A stretch of 64,000 nt of DNA from Calditrichales bacterium (GTDB lineage Bacteria > Calditrichota > Calditrichia > Calditrichales > J004): contig OZ254086.1 in NCBI GenBank assembly GCA_965267575.1, forward strand, positions 1,728,001-1,792,000, written 5' to 3'. Made by a program: the position numbers and the translations under genes. The notes under the pieces are model-generated. The model was not told where the DNA came from and ran no database searches. It saw only the letters and a program-made list of their open reading frames with translations. Below, piece by piece: positions 8,764-19,488 of the stretch (position 1 is its first letter; each line of letters starts with the position of its first letter).

Positions 8764-11700
8764 ATGTTGAGAATTTTGTTGATCGCAATGATGCTTTATG
8801 GCGCTTCCCAGGCCCAGGAGTATCGCTTTGAACATCTGATCCCCAAGGAGGGCATAAACCATAACCTTACCTATGCCATTTTGCAGGACAGTTATGGCTT
8901 TATGTGGTTCGGTACGTTTTACGGCCTCATCCGCTACGACGGGCATCAGTTTACCACCTACCGTCATATCCCCCTGGATTCCACTACGCTTTCGTCGGAT
9001 GATATCATTTCCCTGTATGAGGATGAAGAAGGCGCCATTTGGGTAGGAACCTGGTCCGGCGGGCTAAACCGCTTTGACCCCGTGCGCGAGGAGTTCCGGC
9101 AGTTCCGTCATGATCCTTCCGATCCGCTGAGCCTCAGCAGCGATGTAGTGTACGCCATATGTGAAGATAAAAAAGGCCGCCTGTGGGTAGGCACCGAAAA
9201 AGGCCTGGATCGTCTGGTGCCGGCGGAGGCGCCCGGTAACCCTTATGGCCGCTCCTATTTTGTACACTACCGCCACGAACCGGATAATCCCTTCTCGCTT
9301 AATAACAATCCTGTGCGCGCCTTGTACAGGGATAACCGCGGCAGGCTGTGGGTGGGTGTGTATGAAGGCGGTCTGCATTATTACGATGACGCTGCCGATC
9401 GTTTCATCCGGCTGGAAGAAGTGACCCATGACGGCAGCACCAGCATTGTTGCCATCCATGAGGATAACCAGAACAGGCTATGGGTAGGCACCTGGGGCGG
9501 CGGCCTGAAAAGGGTAGTCCCGCTGGAATCGGAGCCGGACACGATAATCGGTCTGCGCACCCGGCGCTTCCAACACGATCAAAGCGATCGCCACACGATA
9601 AGCAACGATTATATCTGGTCGATAGGAACAGATCGTAACGGCAACATCTGGGTCGGTTCTGACAACGGGCTGAACCGCTTTAACCCCGAGCGTGAAACAT
9701 TCGATCGCTATTACAGCGACAGCAACAATGCCAATACGATCTCCAGTAACAAGGTATCCGCCATTTACCTGGATCGTTCCGGTGTGCTGTGGATCGGAAC
9801 ATTTCGCGGCGGCATAGACAAGATCGTGCCCGACCAGAGTGAATTCGAGTATTTCCTGCATAACCCGTTTGACCCCAACAGCCTGATCGGTAAGAGCGTC
9901 AACGCCCTGCTGGAAGATGAGCGCGGACGCATTTGGGCGGGTACGTCGGGCGGCATAACGCAAATCTCAAAAAAAGACAAAGATTATAGTTACCGGCATC
10001 TGCGGCTGACGCTGAATTCTTCCACACAAAAAAGCGACAACTACATTACTTCCATGGTGCGCGATGAAAACGGCACCATATGGGCGGGCACCTATAACGG
10101 CCTCAAGTCCATATCGCCAAAAGGCCGGGTAAAGCATTATAACCTGCCGGTGCTGCCCGGAGAAAACGAGCAGGGCAATGTAGTCACCTCCCTGCTTCTG
10201 GACAGCAAAGGCTGGCTGTGGGTGGGCAGCATAACGCACGGTCTGAATATTTTTGACCGCAAAAGCAAAGTGTTCACATCTTTCCGCTATAATCCGGAGG
10301 ATTCATCTTCGCTGAGTTCCAATTATGTCATCTCCCTCTACGAGGACAAAGATGGTGTTGTCTGGGTTGGCACTTACAGCGGCCTGAATGCTCTGACGCT
10401 TTTGTCGCCGTCAATGGCACAGCCGCGTGTAGCCTTCGTGCGGGATATCCAAACGGTCTCGGGACGGAATAAAATCAACGATAATATTTTCTGCGTTTAT
10501 GAAGACAGCAAGCGGCGCCTTTGGGTGGGCACAAACGAAGGCCTTTACCGCTATGACAAAAAGGATCTTTCATTAAAACGGATCACCGAACAGGACGGGC
10601 TTTCCAGCAACGTGGTCAGCGCGGTAGTGGAAGACACGCTGGGCAATATCTGGATCAGCACGCACAAAGGTATTGTTAAACATCAGCCCGGCAAAGATTC
10701 TTACCATAACTATTATGCGCTGCATGGGCTTCAGGGTGATGTGTTTGTTTCCGGCTCCTATCTTAGAGACAGCGACGGTAAGATCTGGTTTGGTGGCATC
10801 AACGGACTCAATTGCTTCAACCCCAGCAATATCAGCAGTGCCGAAGACGGACCGGAGATCGTCTTTACGTCCTTCAGGGTTTTCAGCCGTGAGAAAAAGT
10901 TTGACAAAATGCTCAACGAGCTTGAAGAAATAAGGCTCAATCATGATGAAAATTTCTTTACGATAAATTTTGCTGCCATGGATTTCCGCATGCCCGAACG
11001 TAACCAATACTATTATTTCCTGGAGGGGTTTGACCGCGACTGGGTTTACAGCGGCACGCGCAATTATGCAAGCTATACCAACCTCGATCCGGGCAACTAT
11101 GTGTTTCATGTAAAAGCGGCCAACAGCGATGGCGTTTGGAATGAAAAGGGTGCCGAGATCGCGCTGATGATTGCGCCGCCGTTTTGGCTAACGTGGTGGT
11201 TTAAAAGTGCCATAGCTCTCGTTACGCTGGTGGCATTGCTGTTTATAATTTATCTGGTGCAGCGGCACGAAAAGCGCAAAACAGAATTGAACCGCAAGCT
11301 TTCGGAGTTGAAGCTGCAAGCCTTGCGTGCCCAAATGAATCCCCATTTTATTTTCAATACGATCAACTCAATCCAATACTTCATTTCCTGTAATGATCAG
11401 AAATCGGCCTTTTTGTACCTGTCAAAGTTCTCAAAGCTGATGCGCCAGACGCTGGAAAATTCGGAAAAATCGACGCTGCCGTTGCAGTCCGAGATTGAAA
11501 TGCTGCGTCTGTATCTGGACCTGCAGCGCCTGCGCTTTGAGAATAAGTTTGACTACTCCATTGAAGTAGATCCGGATATCGATGTGCACAACTGCGAGAT
11601 CCCGTCGATGCTTATCCAGCCCTATATCGAAAACGCGATTAACCACGGTATCAGTCACAAAGAGAGCAAGGGTCATTTACAGGTAGAACTGACGCGCAAC

Positions 11701-11940
11701 GGGGAAAAACTGATATGCACGGTGAAAGATGATGGCATCGGAATAAACGCGGGTTTGCGGCTGCGCCAGACGCGTCAGCAGGATCACACCTCATCCGGCA
11801 TGCGTCTTACCCGTGAGCGGCTGGACATCATCAATTCCGGCAAGCGCAACAACGTGTCAGTTTCCGTGGCCGACCTTGGCGAGGAAAATAATGGTTGCAG
11901 CGGAACGCGTGTTACTATTCATATACCAATGCATTTTTAG
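8764..11940 (+). CDS. LytS-type sensor histidine kinase with periplasmic beta-propeller and Y_Y_Y domains
   Basis: Signal peptide; about 14 Reg_prop repeats (D..G.LW.GT..GL); YTNLDPGNYVFHVKA; TM; LRAQMNPHFIFN; QPYIENAINHG; DDGIG. Confidence 0.9.
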   Translation: MLRILLIAMMLYGASQAQEYRFEHLIPKEGINHNLTYAILQDSYGFMWFGTFYGLIRYDGHQFTTYRHIPLDSTTLSSDDIISLYEDEEGAIWVGTWSGGLNRFDPVREEFRQFRHDPSDPLSLSSDVVYAICEDKKGRLWVGTEKGLDRLVPAEAPGNPYGRSYFVHYRHEPDNPFSLNNNPVRALYRDNRGRLWVGVYEGGLHYYDDAADRFIRLEEVTHDGSTSIVAIHEDNQNRLWVGTWGGGLKRVVPLESEPDTIIGLRTRRFQHDQSDRHTISNDYIWSIGTDRNGNIWVGSDNGLNRFNPERETFDRYYSDSNNANTISSNKVSAIYLDRSGVLWIGTFRGGIDKIVPDQSEFEYFLHNPFDPNSLIGKSVNALLEDERGRIWAGTSGGITQISKKDKDYSYRHLRLTLNSSTQKSDNYITSMVRDENGTIWAGTYNGLKSISPKGRVKHYNLPVLPGENEQGNVVTSLLLDSKGWLWVGSITHGLNIFDRKSKVFTSFRYNPEDSSSLSSNYVISLYEDKDGVVWVGTYSGLNALTLLSPSMAQPRVAFVRDIQTVSGRNKINDNIFCVYEDSKRRLWVGTNEGLYRYDKKDLSLKRITEQDGLSSNVVSAVVEDTLGNIWISTHKGIVKHQPGKDSYHNYYALHGLQGDVFVSGSYLRDSDGKIWFGGINGLNCFNPSNISSAEDGPEIVFTSFRVFSREKKFDKMLNELEEIRLNHDENFFTINFAAMDFRMPERNQYYYFLEGFDRDWVYSGTRNYASYTNLDPGNYVFHVKAANSDGVWNEKGAEIALMIAPPFWLTWWFKSAIALVTLVALLFIIYLVQRHEKRKTELNRKLSELKLQALRAQMNPHFIFNTINSIQYFISCNDQKSAFLYLSKFSKLMRQTLENSEKSTLPLQSEIEMLRLYLDLQRLRFENKFDYSIEVDPDIDVHNCEIPSMLIQPYIENAINHGISHKESKGHLQVELTRNGEKLICTVKDDGIGINAGLRLRQTRQQDHTSSGMRLTRERLDIINSGKRNNVSVSVADLGEENNGCSGTRVTIHIPMHF

Positions 11941-11965
11941 AATCCTATAACGTTTGGGGGACCAT

Positions 11966-12754
11966 ATGATCAGAGCCGTTATTATCGATGATGAAGAAAA
12001 GAGCAGAATGCTGCTGCGCAATTTGCTGATAGATTACTGCCCGCAGGTGGAAGTGCTTGACATGGCTGATTCGGTCAAAAGCGGCCTGAAGCTCGTTCAG
12101 TCACACCGGCCCGATCTTATTTTTCTGGACATCGAAATGCCGGACGGAACAGGCTTTAATCTGCTGGAGCAACTGGATGACGCTCACCCCGAAGTTATAT
12201 TTACGACCGCCTATGACAAATATGCCATCCAGGCGATCCATTTCAGCGCGCTGGACTATTTGCTGAAGCCGATCAGCGTGGACGATCTTAAAAACGCGGT
12301 GGAGAAAGTGCAGCAGGAAATAGAGGCACGGCTGGAAAAGCAGTCTATGAATGAGAGCCTGCAGGTACTGCTGGAGAACAAGAAGGCCCAGGCAGGCAAT
12401 AAGAAGATCGGTCTGCCCACGCAGAGCGGGATCAACTTTGTTCACATCAAAAACATTGTCATGTGCAAGGCGGAAGGTAATTACAGTATTATTTACTTAT
12501 CGGACAGGCAGCATCAGGAGATTGTTTCGCGTACGCTGAAGGAGTTTGAGGATATGCTTTCGGAATTCAATTTTTTTCGCGTGCACCGCTCCTACCTTAT
12601 CAACCTGGAACACGTGAAAGAGTACAGCAGAACCAACCAGTCTTCGGATTATGACGGTGACGGGGGCAGCGTGATCATGATGAATAGTCTGCATGTCCCG
12701 GTTTCGAGGGACCGCCGCAAGCATTTGCTGGAGCGTTTTTCACGCCCGTTTTAA
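11966..12754 (+). CDS. LytTR family response regulator
   Basis: IIDDE, FLDIEMP, FTTAYD, DYLLKP; LytTR AEGNYS, FFRVHRSYLIN, PVSR. Confidence 0.93.
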   Translation: MIRAVIIDDEEKSRMLLRNLLIDYCPQVEVLDMADSVKSGLKLVQSHRPDLIFLDIEMPDGTGFNLLEQLDDAHPEVIFTTAYDKYAIQAIHFSALDYLLKPISVDDLKNAVEKVQQEIEARLEKQSMNESLQVLLENKKAQAGNKKIGLPTQSGINFVHIKNIVMCKAEGNYSIIYLSDRQHQEIVSRTLKEFEDMLSEFNFFRVHRSYLINLEHVKEYSRTNQSSDYDGDGGSVIMMNSLHVPVSRDRRKHLLERFSRPF

Positions 12755-14787
12755 GCGCCGGAAGGGGCCTTTTCCTGGCTGTTGATGACACTGGACCAGT
12801 GCGCGATCGTCTCTTTTAGCTTTTGCGCGTCCACCGGCTTTGAAATATAATCAACCATACCGGCCTCAAAGCACATTTCCTTGTCCTGGTTCTCGGCGTT
12901 TGCCGTCATGGCGACTATTTTGGGCGCCGCCGCACCGCGCTCGCTGTACGTCTGCAATATATTTCTTGTGGCGGACAGTCCATCCAGCTCCGGCATTTCA
13001 ACATCCATAAATATGAGATCGTATTTTTCCCTGCCTGCCATTTCCACGGCCTGAACACCGTCGAGTGCCACATCGATGTTGTAGCCGAGGCGCGCGGCAA
13101 GCTGGCTGATCAGTTTACGGTTGATGGAGTTGTCGTCCGCCAAAAGAATTTTAAGCGGCAGCGAACGGGTCTCCTCCTTCTGCGGATTATTACCGCTGCT
13201 TTGGCTGAATATTTCAAGCAGCATGGCGTAGAGCCGTCCCTGGTTAACGGGCTTTTTAAGCATGTTGGCCGTACCCGGCGAACCGTTCTCCCCGGCCAGA
13301 ATAATCTTTGGTAAATCGGCTGGGAAATGCCCGCTGCACGATTGCACCAGCTGCTCATCGATGAGAACAACATCCACCACATGTTGATGCAGCAGCATCC
13401 CGACCGTCTCGCAGTCCCCTGCGGATTTGGGCAGCATACCCCAGCCGTGGCATTGAACGGAAAGCATCCTGCGCGTTTCGGCTGTTTCATCTACAATCAG
13501 CACGTGTTTGTTTTTGAGAATGTGGCTTTTCTGCTGCTCGTAGAGCTGCTGCGCTTTTTCGCTTACCGTAAAAGGAATCTGCACAAAAACGGTGGTACCT
13601 CTGGATATTTCGCTTTCCAGCCAGATCTTGCCATCCATTCGCGTCACAAGCTGTCCGGCAATGGCCATGCCCAATCCGGACCCGCCAAAACGGTGCTCGC
13701 CCTTTTCAGCAATCCTCGAAAAGGGTTTAAAAATATAGCGTAATCTTTCCGGTGGAATACCCGGTCCGGTGTCGCTTAACAAAAACTGGATATCGCATTG
13801 GTCGCCTGCTTGCTGCACGCGGTAAACACGCAGGAAAACTTCCCCCTTGCGCGTATAGCGCAGTGCATTATCAAGGAGCTTTTCCAACACTTTGCGCAGC
13901 CTTTTTTCATCGCCAAGGATCGTATCCGGAACATCGGGCTCTATGATGTAGACCAGTTCAAGCTGCTTTTCTTCGGCCGCCGGCCGCTGCCTGTCGATAA
14001 GCTCATCGAGCATCGAGCGCAATGAGAAAAAGACGCGGTCCAGCTCCAGGCGCCCGGCCTCTATCTGGACATAGTCGAGAATATTTTCGATGATGGTTAC
14101 TAGGTTGTAGCCGCTTTTTTTTACGGATTTGAGATTGTCCTGCTGTTCCTGTACCAGGTGGCTCTCCAGCAGCAGGTCAGTCATCCCGATAACCCCGTTC
14201 AGGGAGGTGCGTATTTCATGACCCATGGCTGAGAGAAATTCGCTTTTAGAGCGTGACGCTGTCAGTGCTTCATCGCGCTGGTCCAGGATGGTGCTGTAAA
14301 GTTCGCTCAGTTTTCGGCGCATGGGTCTTAAAAAGAGGATCATCACGCCGTGCAGTGCCAGCAGCAGGGTAACAAAAATGATCAGATTTGTTTTTTGGAG
14401 CGCCTGCTGTGTGGATTGCTGCCTGGCGTTAAACGCGTTCAGGCTGTCAGCGGCAGCAGAAACGGCTTTGTCCAGTGCTTTGTTGAACTCTTCTGTTTGG
14501 GAGGCGCCGGCCGCTTCAGAGAGTTCCTGAAAGCCGAAATTTGCAAGGGCCGGATTTGCGGCCAATTCATAAAGGGAGCGCAGTTGGCCGGTTACGGGCA
14601 GCCCGTCATCAAGTGTGCTCAGGCGGGTAAGCAGGCGCGTGTAGATCTCACGGTCGCGGTTATAGGCATCTATATCGTTTAAAAAATTGTACTGGACAAT
14701 GAATTCAACAATCAGGATTAATACGATCAGCGCCATAGCGCTTACGTATTTGGCAGTTATATATCTGCTGATTTTTTTTTCGTTCAT
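12751..14787 (-). CDS. Hybrid sensor histidine kinase/response regulator (2 TM, HisKA, HATPase, two REC)
   Basis: KSEFLSAMGHEIRTSLNG, DTGPGI, GGSGLG; terminal REC with DLIFMDVEMPELDG, AMTA and SKP. Confidence 0.9.
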   Translation of the reverse strand: MNEKKISRYITAKYVSAMALIVLILIVEFIVQYNFLNDIDAYNRDREIYTRLLTRLSTLDDGLPVTGQLRSLYELAANPALANFGFQELSEAAGASQTEEFNKALDKAVSAAADSLNAFNARQQSTQQALQKTNLIIFVTLLLALHGVMILFLRPMRRKLSELYSTILDQRDEALTASRSKSEFLSAMGHEIRTSLNGVIGMTDLLLESHLVQEQQDNLKSVKKSGYNLVTIIENILDYVQIEAGRLELDRVFFSLRSMLDELIDRQRPAAEEKQLELVYIIEPDVPDTILGDEKRLRKVLEKLLDNALRYTRKGEVFLRVYRVQQAGDQCDIQFLLSDTGPGIPPERLRYIFKPFSRIAEKGEHRFGGSGLGMAIAGQLVTRMDGKIWLESEISRGTTVFVQIPFTVSEKAQQLYEQQKSHILKNKHVLIVDETAETRRMLSVQCHGWGMLPKSAGDCETVGMLLHQHVVDVVLIDEQLVQSCSGHFPADLPKIILAGENGSPGTANMLKKPVNQGRLYAMLLEIFSQSSGNNPQKEETRSLPLKILLADDNSINRKLISQLAARLGYNIDVALDGVQAVEMAGREKYDLIFMDVEMPELDGLSATRNILQTYSERGAAAPKIVAMTANAENQDKEMCFEAGMVDYISKPVDAQKLKETIAHWSSVINSQEKAPSGA

Positions 14788-14814
14788 TGATGCCTGTTGG
14801 TGCCTTTTTGTTAA

Positions 14815-14841
14815 AGTTCGGATTTACCGTCGAAGTCTTGA
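14815..14841 (-). promoter_or_regulatory. Possible sigma28-type promoter (weak)
   Basis: Minus strand TCAA-N15-TCCGAACT about 28 nt upstream of ATG 14787. Confidence 0.35.
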
Positions 14842-15242
14842 GAAAATGGTGGAGCGCATTGCCGGTCAATGGCGGAAATCAGCTTGTTGAAAAATGTATT
14901 CCGTTTAAACATCAAAGTGTGCGCTTTACTCAGTGGCGGTTATCAATCGCTTTTAAAAAGCTTATATATAAATCTCGCAGGGGAACAGTCCGCATTCGCG
15001 GTCCGGTTCGATCAACAAAAGGAGAAAAGGGTGCTTTTTAAAAGATCCGGACAAAAATATCCTGATGCCGCAAACATCTGCCCGGGGGATAACAAGGCAA
15101 ATGTGTTTCGGCAGATCGTAAACCGGGCCGCTTTGTTTTTTTTCAGATCCTTCAGGAACGGCTTCACTTTCCGCGATATGAGCCACTCTTTCCTGCTTAC
15201 ACTTATAACGATTGAATCTCTCTTTAACCTACTCTTCGATTT

Positions 15243-17222
15243 TTATTTTCTGTTCTGGACATCGTAAGCCCGGTACTGCGTCCAGTCCGACAGTACTTTC
15301 TTAAACTCCTCAAAAACGATAGGTTTGCTCAGGTAGTCATCCATGCCGGCCTGGAGGCAGCGTTCGCGGTCTCCCTCCATGGCATTGGCTGTGAGCGCGA
15401 TGATCGGAATGTGTTTGTCGCCCGTATCTTCAAGGCGGCGAATCGCGCGTGTGGCCTCATATCCATCCATGTCCGGCATTTGAATATCCATTAATATCAG
15501 ATCGTATTTTTCCCGTTTATAGGCATCTACGGCTTCCGCGCCATTTACCGCCAGGTCGCTTTCATATCCCAGCTTGTGGGTAAATCTTTTGGCCAGTTTC
15601 TGGTTAATGATATTGTCTTCCGCGATGAGTACCCGGTAGGTCCGCAGATCGCCGGGGTGTTCATTAGCGATTGCTTTAAGCTCATGGTCGCTTCTTTCCA
15701 GCTGTCCGGTGCGGATATGTTCCAGGGGAATTGAAAACCAGAAACAGGCGCCCTCGCCTTCATGACTTTCGATACCGATCTCACCATCCATCAGCTGGAC
15801 CAGGTGCCGGCAGATGGTTAGCCCGAGGCCGGTGCCGCCGTATTGCCGCGAGGTGCTTCCGTCGGCCTGGGTAAAGCTTTCAAAAATAAGCTGGTGCTTT
15901 TCACGGGCGATACCGATGCCCGTATCGTGAACCGCAAAGCGGACATTATACATTTGCATCTGCCAGCTCTCCGCAGAAACATCAAGGCTAACACCGCCTT
16001 TTTCCGTAAACTTGACCGCATTGCTGATCAGGTTTACCAATATCTGGCGCAAGCGGATGATGTCGCCGTTTAGGATAGCAGGAATGTTTTTATCGCGCGT
16101 AATTTTAAAGAAGATATTTTTTCTTTTTACGTGTGGTTCAAAAAAGAGCGCCAACTCCTCCAGAAGGTCGCTTAGCAAAAAGGGTGAATAAACCAGTTCC
16201 AGCCTTCCGGCTTCAATTTTTGAAATGTCCAGGATATCGTTGATGATACGCAGCAGCGATTCCGAACTGTTATGAATTATGCTTACCGATTCTGCCTGAT
16301 CCGGCGTAAGCGGCGTGTCAGACAATAAACGCGTCATACCGATAATGCCGTTCATCGGCGTGCGGATTTCATGGCTCATATTGGCCAGGAATTCCGACTT
16401 AAGTCGGTTGGCCTCTTCCGCCTGCCGGCGCTTTTCTTCCAGTTCGCGGTTGCTGTTTTGCAGCTCGATGGTCCTGTCCTTTACCATCGTCTCCAAATTG
16501 CGCGTATAGTGATTTATCTTCTGACGCTGCTTTTTCAGATCGATGATCATTTTATTGAATGCCCCTGCCAGATCGCCGATCTCATCGGTGCTTGTTTCAA
16601 AAATATGCACATCCATATCGCCCTCACCAATACGCCGGGCTGCGGCGGCCAATTTTTGGATAGGCCTGATGATGAGGTTGCTGAGCCCGTATACCGTGAG
16701 CAGCGTAAGCAGGAAAATGAGCCCAAGCATGGCAGTGAGAGTAAGCAGGTCTTCTTGTAACCGCGCGTTTAGCGGTGCGCTGCTCAGAGCCAGTTGCAGT
16801 GAACCATGGACATCACCGTCAATAGCATAAACGGGGACTTTTACCTGCAGGTATTCGTCGTTTATGTTTGCTTCCTGCAGGATTCTGAATTCAGAATAAC
16901 GTTTTCCAAGGTTGGGAGCATTGTAGGAAGCGACGGTGGAATCATTTTTATCGCGCACATATACAAACAGAATATCTTCGTTGCTGCGCGCTGTTTTGAG
17001 GACGTTTTTAATGTTTTCCAGGTCGTTGAATTCCAGGCCTACCGAAATTCCCTGTGCCAGAAGGTGCGCGTTGCTAAGGGCTTCGTTTCGCAATTGGTCA
17101 TGGCCGTAGTCCCAAAAGCGTTGCTGGAAATAGGCAAAAATGACAAGCGGCACGACCAGCACGAGCAAAGAAACCGGGAACAGCATTTTCTTTTTAAATG
17201 AAAGGCTATTGAACAATCGCAT
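15243..17222 (-). CDS. Hybrid sensor histidine kinase/response regulator (periplasmic sensor, HAMP, HisKA, HATPase, REC)
   Basis: [61 protein letters not shown] gagga before ATG 17222. Confidence 0.93.
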   Translation of the reverse strand: MRLFNSLSFKKKMLFPVSLLVLVVPLVIFAYFQQRFWDYGHDQLRNEALSNAHLLAQGISVGLEFNDLENIKNVLKTARSNEDILFVYVRDKNDSTVASYNAPNLGKRYSEFRILQEANINDEYLQVKVPVYAIDGDVHGSLQLALSSAPLNARLQEDLLTLTAMLGLIFLLTLLTVYGLSNLIIRPIQKLAAAARRIGEGDMDVHIFETSTDEIGDLAGAFNKMIIDLKKQRQKINHYTRNLETMVKDRTIELQNSNRELEEKRRQAEEANRLKSEFLANMSHEIRTPMNGIIGMTRLLSDTPLTPDQAESVSIIHNSSESLLRIINDILDISKIEAGRLELVYSPFLLSDLLEELALFFEPHVKRKNIFFKITRDKNIPAILNGDIIRLRQILVNLISNAVKFTEKGGVSLDVSAESWQMQMYNVRFAVHDTGIGIAREKHQLIFESFTQADGSTSRQYGGTGLGLTICRHLVQLMDGEIGIESHEGEGACFWFSIPLEHIRTGQLERSDHELKAIANEHPGDLRTYRVLIAEDNIINQKLAKRFTHKLGYESDLAVNGAEAVDAYKREKYDLILMDIQMPDMDGYEATRAIRRLEDTGDKHIPIIALTANAMEGDRERCLQAGMDDYLSKPIVFEEFKKVLSDWTQYRAYDVQNRK

Positions 17223-17248
17223 CCATTTCCTCAATCGATTTTAGGTCA

Positions 17249-17275
17249 TTATCGGGGCTTAACTAATTACGTTTA
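17249..17275 (-). promoter_or_regulatory. sigma28 (FliA)-type promoter
   Basis: Minus strand TAAA-N15-CCCGATAA versus consensus TAAA-N15-GCCGATAA. Confidence 0.55.
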
Positions 17276-17352
17276 GGTTAAACTTTGATAAGAACGGAAT
17301 ACAATCAGCAAAAAACAGTTTTGTGAGGATTGTGTTAGAAGGGCCGTTCACG

Positions 17353-17381
17353 TTGGGAAAACTGTAATCATTTGCTACATT
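17353..17381 (+). promoter_or_regulatory. sigma70-type promoter of the ppk operon
   Basis: TTGGGA-N17-TACATT with TGn extended -10. Confidence 0.45.
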
Positions 17382-17406
17382 TCACTAACACTTTCATGGA
17401 GTCTCA

Positions 17407-19488
17407 ATGGCAGCGAATCGTAACTATATAAACCGTGAAATCAGCTGGCTTTCATTTAATGAGCGGGTTTTACAGGAGGCAGCGGACCCCAGTGTTCCTT
17501 TGCTGGAGCGGCTCAAGTTCCTGGGCATTTTTTCCAACAACCTGGATGAGTTTTTCCGGGTGCGCGTGGCAACGCTTAAACGCATGGTAAATGCCGGGAT
17601 AGGCAGCAGTAAAGCGACGGCCGGGCAATCTCCAAAAAAGGTGCTGAAAAAAATTCACGATAAAGTGATGCATCTGCGTGAACGTTTTGATCTGATCTTT
17701 AACCAAACGCTGGAAGCTCTGGAACAGGAAAATATCTACATGATCAACGAGAAAGAGCTGAGCCCGGAGCAGCATGAATATGTGTTGCAATACTTTGCCG
17801 ATGAAGTGCGCCCGCGCCTGGTGCCGATCATGCTCGACAAATCACGGCCCTTCCCCCGGCTGGAAAACCAGGTTATCTATCTCGCGATCAAAATGCAGCG
17901 CACCGATGAACCGAAAAATTTTCAATACGCGCTGATTGAACTGCTGACCGATGTTCTGCCGCGTTTTGTACAACTGCCCGATCGTGACGGAAAAAAGATG
18001 CTGATCATGCTTGATGATGTCATCCGCATCGGGCTGCCGGATATCTTCGTTACCCTCAATTACGATCGCTTTGACGCTTACACGATAAAACTGACCCGCG
18101 ATGCCGAATTTGATATCAGCGATGACATTACAAAGAGCTTTTATGAAAAAATAGCCAAAAGCATCAAGCAGCGTGAACAGGGCCAGGCCGTACGCTTCGT
18201 TTATGACCGCGAAATGCCCGAAGACCTGCTGCATTTTGTGCTCAAGAAAAACGCCCTGCAGAATTTCGAAAACCTGATCCCGGGTGGACGGTATCACAAT
18301 GCGCGCGATTTTATCAGGTTTCCGACCATGGGGCTCGATCATCTGGTTTACCCGGACGAGGAAGCTTTGGCGCATCGTGACTTACTGCCTAAATCCAGCT
18401 TATTTGAGTCCATTCGCCAGCGCGATATCCTGCTGCACTATCCCTATCAGTCTTTCCATTACATTATAGATCTGTTGCGTGAAGCGGCAATTGACCCAAG
18501 GGTAAAGTCAATCAAAATTACGCTTTACCGCGTGGCCAAGTACTCCAATGTTGTTAACGCGTTGATCAACGCCATCCGCAATGGTAAAAAAGTGACCGCG
18601 GTGATGGAACTGCAGGCAAGGTTTGACGAAGAGGCCAATATCTACTGGACCAACGAGCTGGCCGATGAAGGCGCCCATATTTTAAGCGGCATACCGGGCC
18701 TGAAGGTGCATGCCAAACTGTGCCAGATTACGCGCCGCGAGAACGACGAAGATGTCCATTACACCTATATTGCCACCGGAAATTTTAACGAAACCACGGC
18801 TACAATCTACAGTGACCACGGTCTGTTTACATCGCATGAAGGCATCTCCAAAGAAGTTTCCAAGCTGTTTGATTTTATGGAGCATAACTATAAAAACTAC
18901 AATTACCGCCATATTCTTGTTTCGCCTTTTTATATGCGCCGCAAGCTAAAGAAGCTTATACGGGCTGAGATCAAAAACGCCAAAGCCGGCAAGGAAGCCT
19001 ATATCCTGATCAAACTGAATAACCTGGTGGATACCGATCTGATCGACAAGCTGTATCAGGCCGGTAATGCCGGCGTAAAGATAAAAATGCTGGTCCGCGG
19101 GATTTGCTCGATCATACCCGGCGAGAAAGGGCTAAGCGAGAACATCGAGGTGTACAGCATCGTCGACAAGTATCTGGAGCATTCGCGCATTATGATATTT
19201 TGCCATGGTGGCAACGAGCAATATTACCTCACTTCTGCCGACTGGATGATCCGCAACCTGGACAACCGCATCGAAGTGGCCACACCGGTCTACGACGAAA
19301 ACGTGCGCCGTGAACTGAAAGAGTTCATGGAAATTCAGCTCAGGGACCGTGTAAAGTCGCGCATCATAAACGCGGCCCAGGATAACCCCTATCGCCGTGA
19401 TAAAGATGGCACTGCCCTCCGCGCTCAAGAGGAGCACTATCGCGTGCTGAAAGACAAATTGAAATCGCTCAGGCAGGAAGCTGTATGA
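17407..19488 (+). CDS. ppk1: Polyphosphate kinase 1
   Basis: NREISWLSFNERVL, NLDEFFRVRVA, LLHYPYQSF, ELQARFDEEANI, LKVHAK, YLEHSR, SADWMIRNLDNRIE. Confidence 0.97.
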   Translation: MAANRNYINREISWLSFNERVLQEAADPSVPLLERLKFLGIFSNNLDEFFRVRVATLKRMVNAGIGSSKATAGQSPKKVLKKIHDKVMHLRERFDLIFNQTLEALEQENIYMINEKELSPEQHEYVLQYFADEVRPRLVPIMLDKSRPFPRLENQVIYLAIKMQRTDEPKNFQYALIELLTDVLPRFVQLPDRDGKKMLIMLDDVIRIGLPDIFVTLNYDRFDAYTIKLTRDAEFDISDDITKSFYEKIAKSIKQREQGQAVRFVYDREMPEDLLHFVLKKNALQNFENLIPGGRYHNARDFIRFPTMGLDHLVYPDEEALAHRDLLPKSSLFESIRQRDILLHYPYQSFHYIIDLLREAAIDPRVKSIKITLYRVAKYSNVVNALINAIRNGKKVTAVMELQARFDEEANIYWTNELADEGAHILSGIPGLKVHAKLCQITRRENDEDVHYTYIATGNFNETTATIYSDHGLFTSHEGISKEVSKLFDFMEHNYKNYNYRHILVSPFYMRRKLKKLIRAEIKNAKAGKEAYILIKLNNLVDTDLIDKLYQAGNAGVKIKMLVRGICSIIPGEKGLSENIEVYSIVDKYLEHSRIMIFCHGGNEQYYLTSADWMIRNLDNRIEVATPVYDENVRRELKEFMEIQLRDRVKSRIINAAQDNPYRRDKDGTALRAQEEHYRVLKDKLKSLRQEAV

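Noticed and set aside
8900-10800. Recurring DNA similarity within the sensor kinase
   Set aside because: Explained by Reg_prop protein repeats
17362-17380. Pho box upstream of ppk1
   Set aside because: Only one half-site (ctgtaat) resembles CTGTCAT; no second repeat at 11 bp
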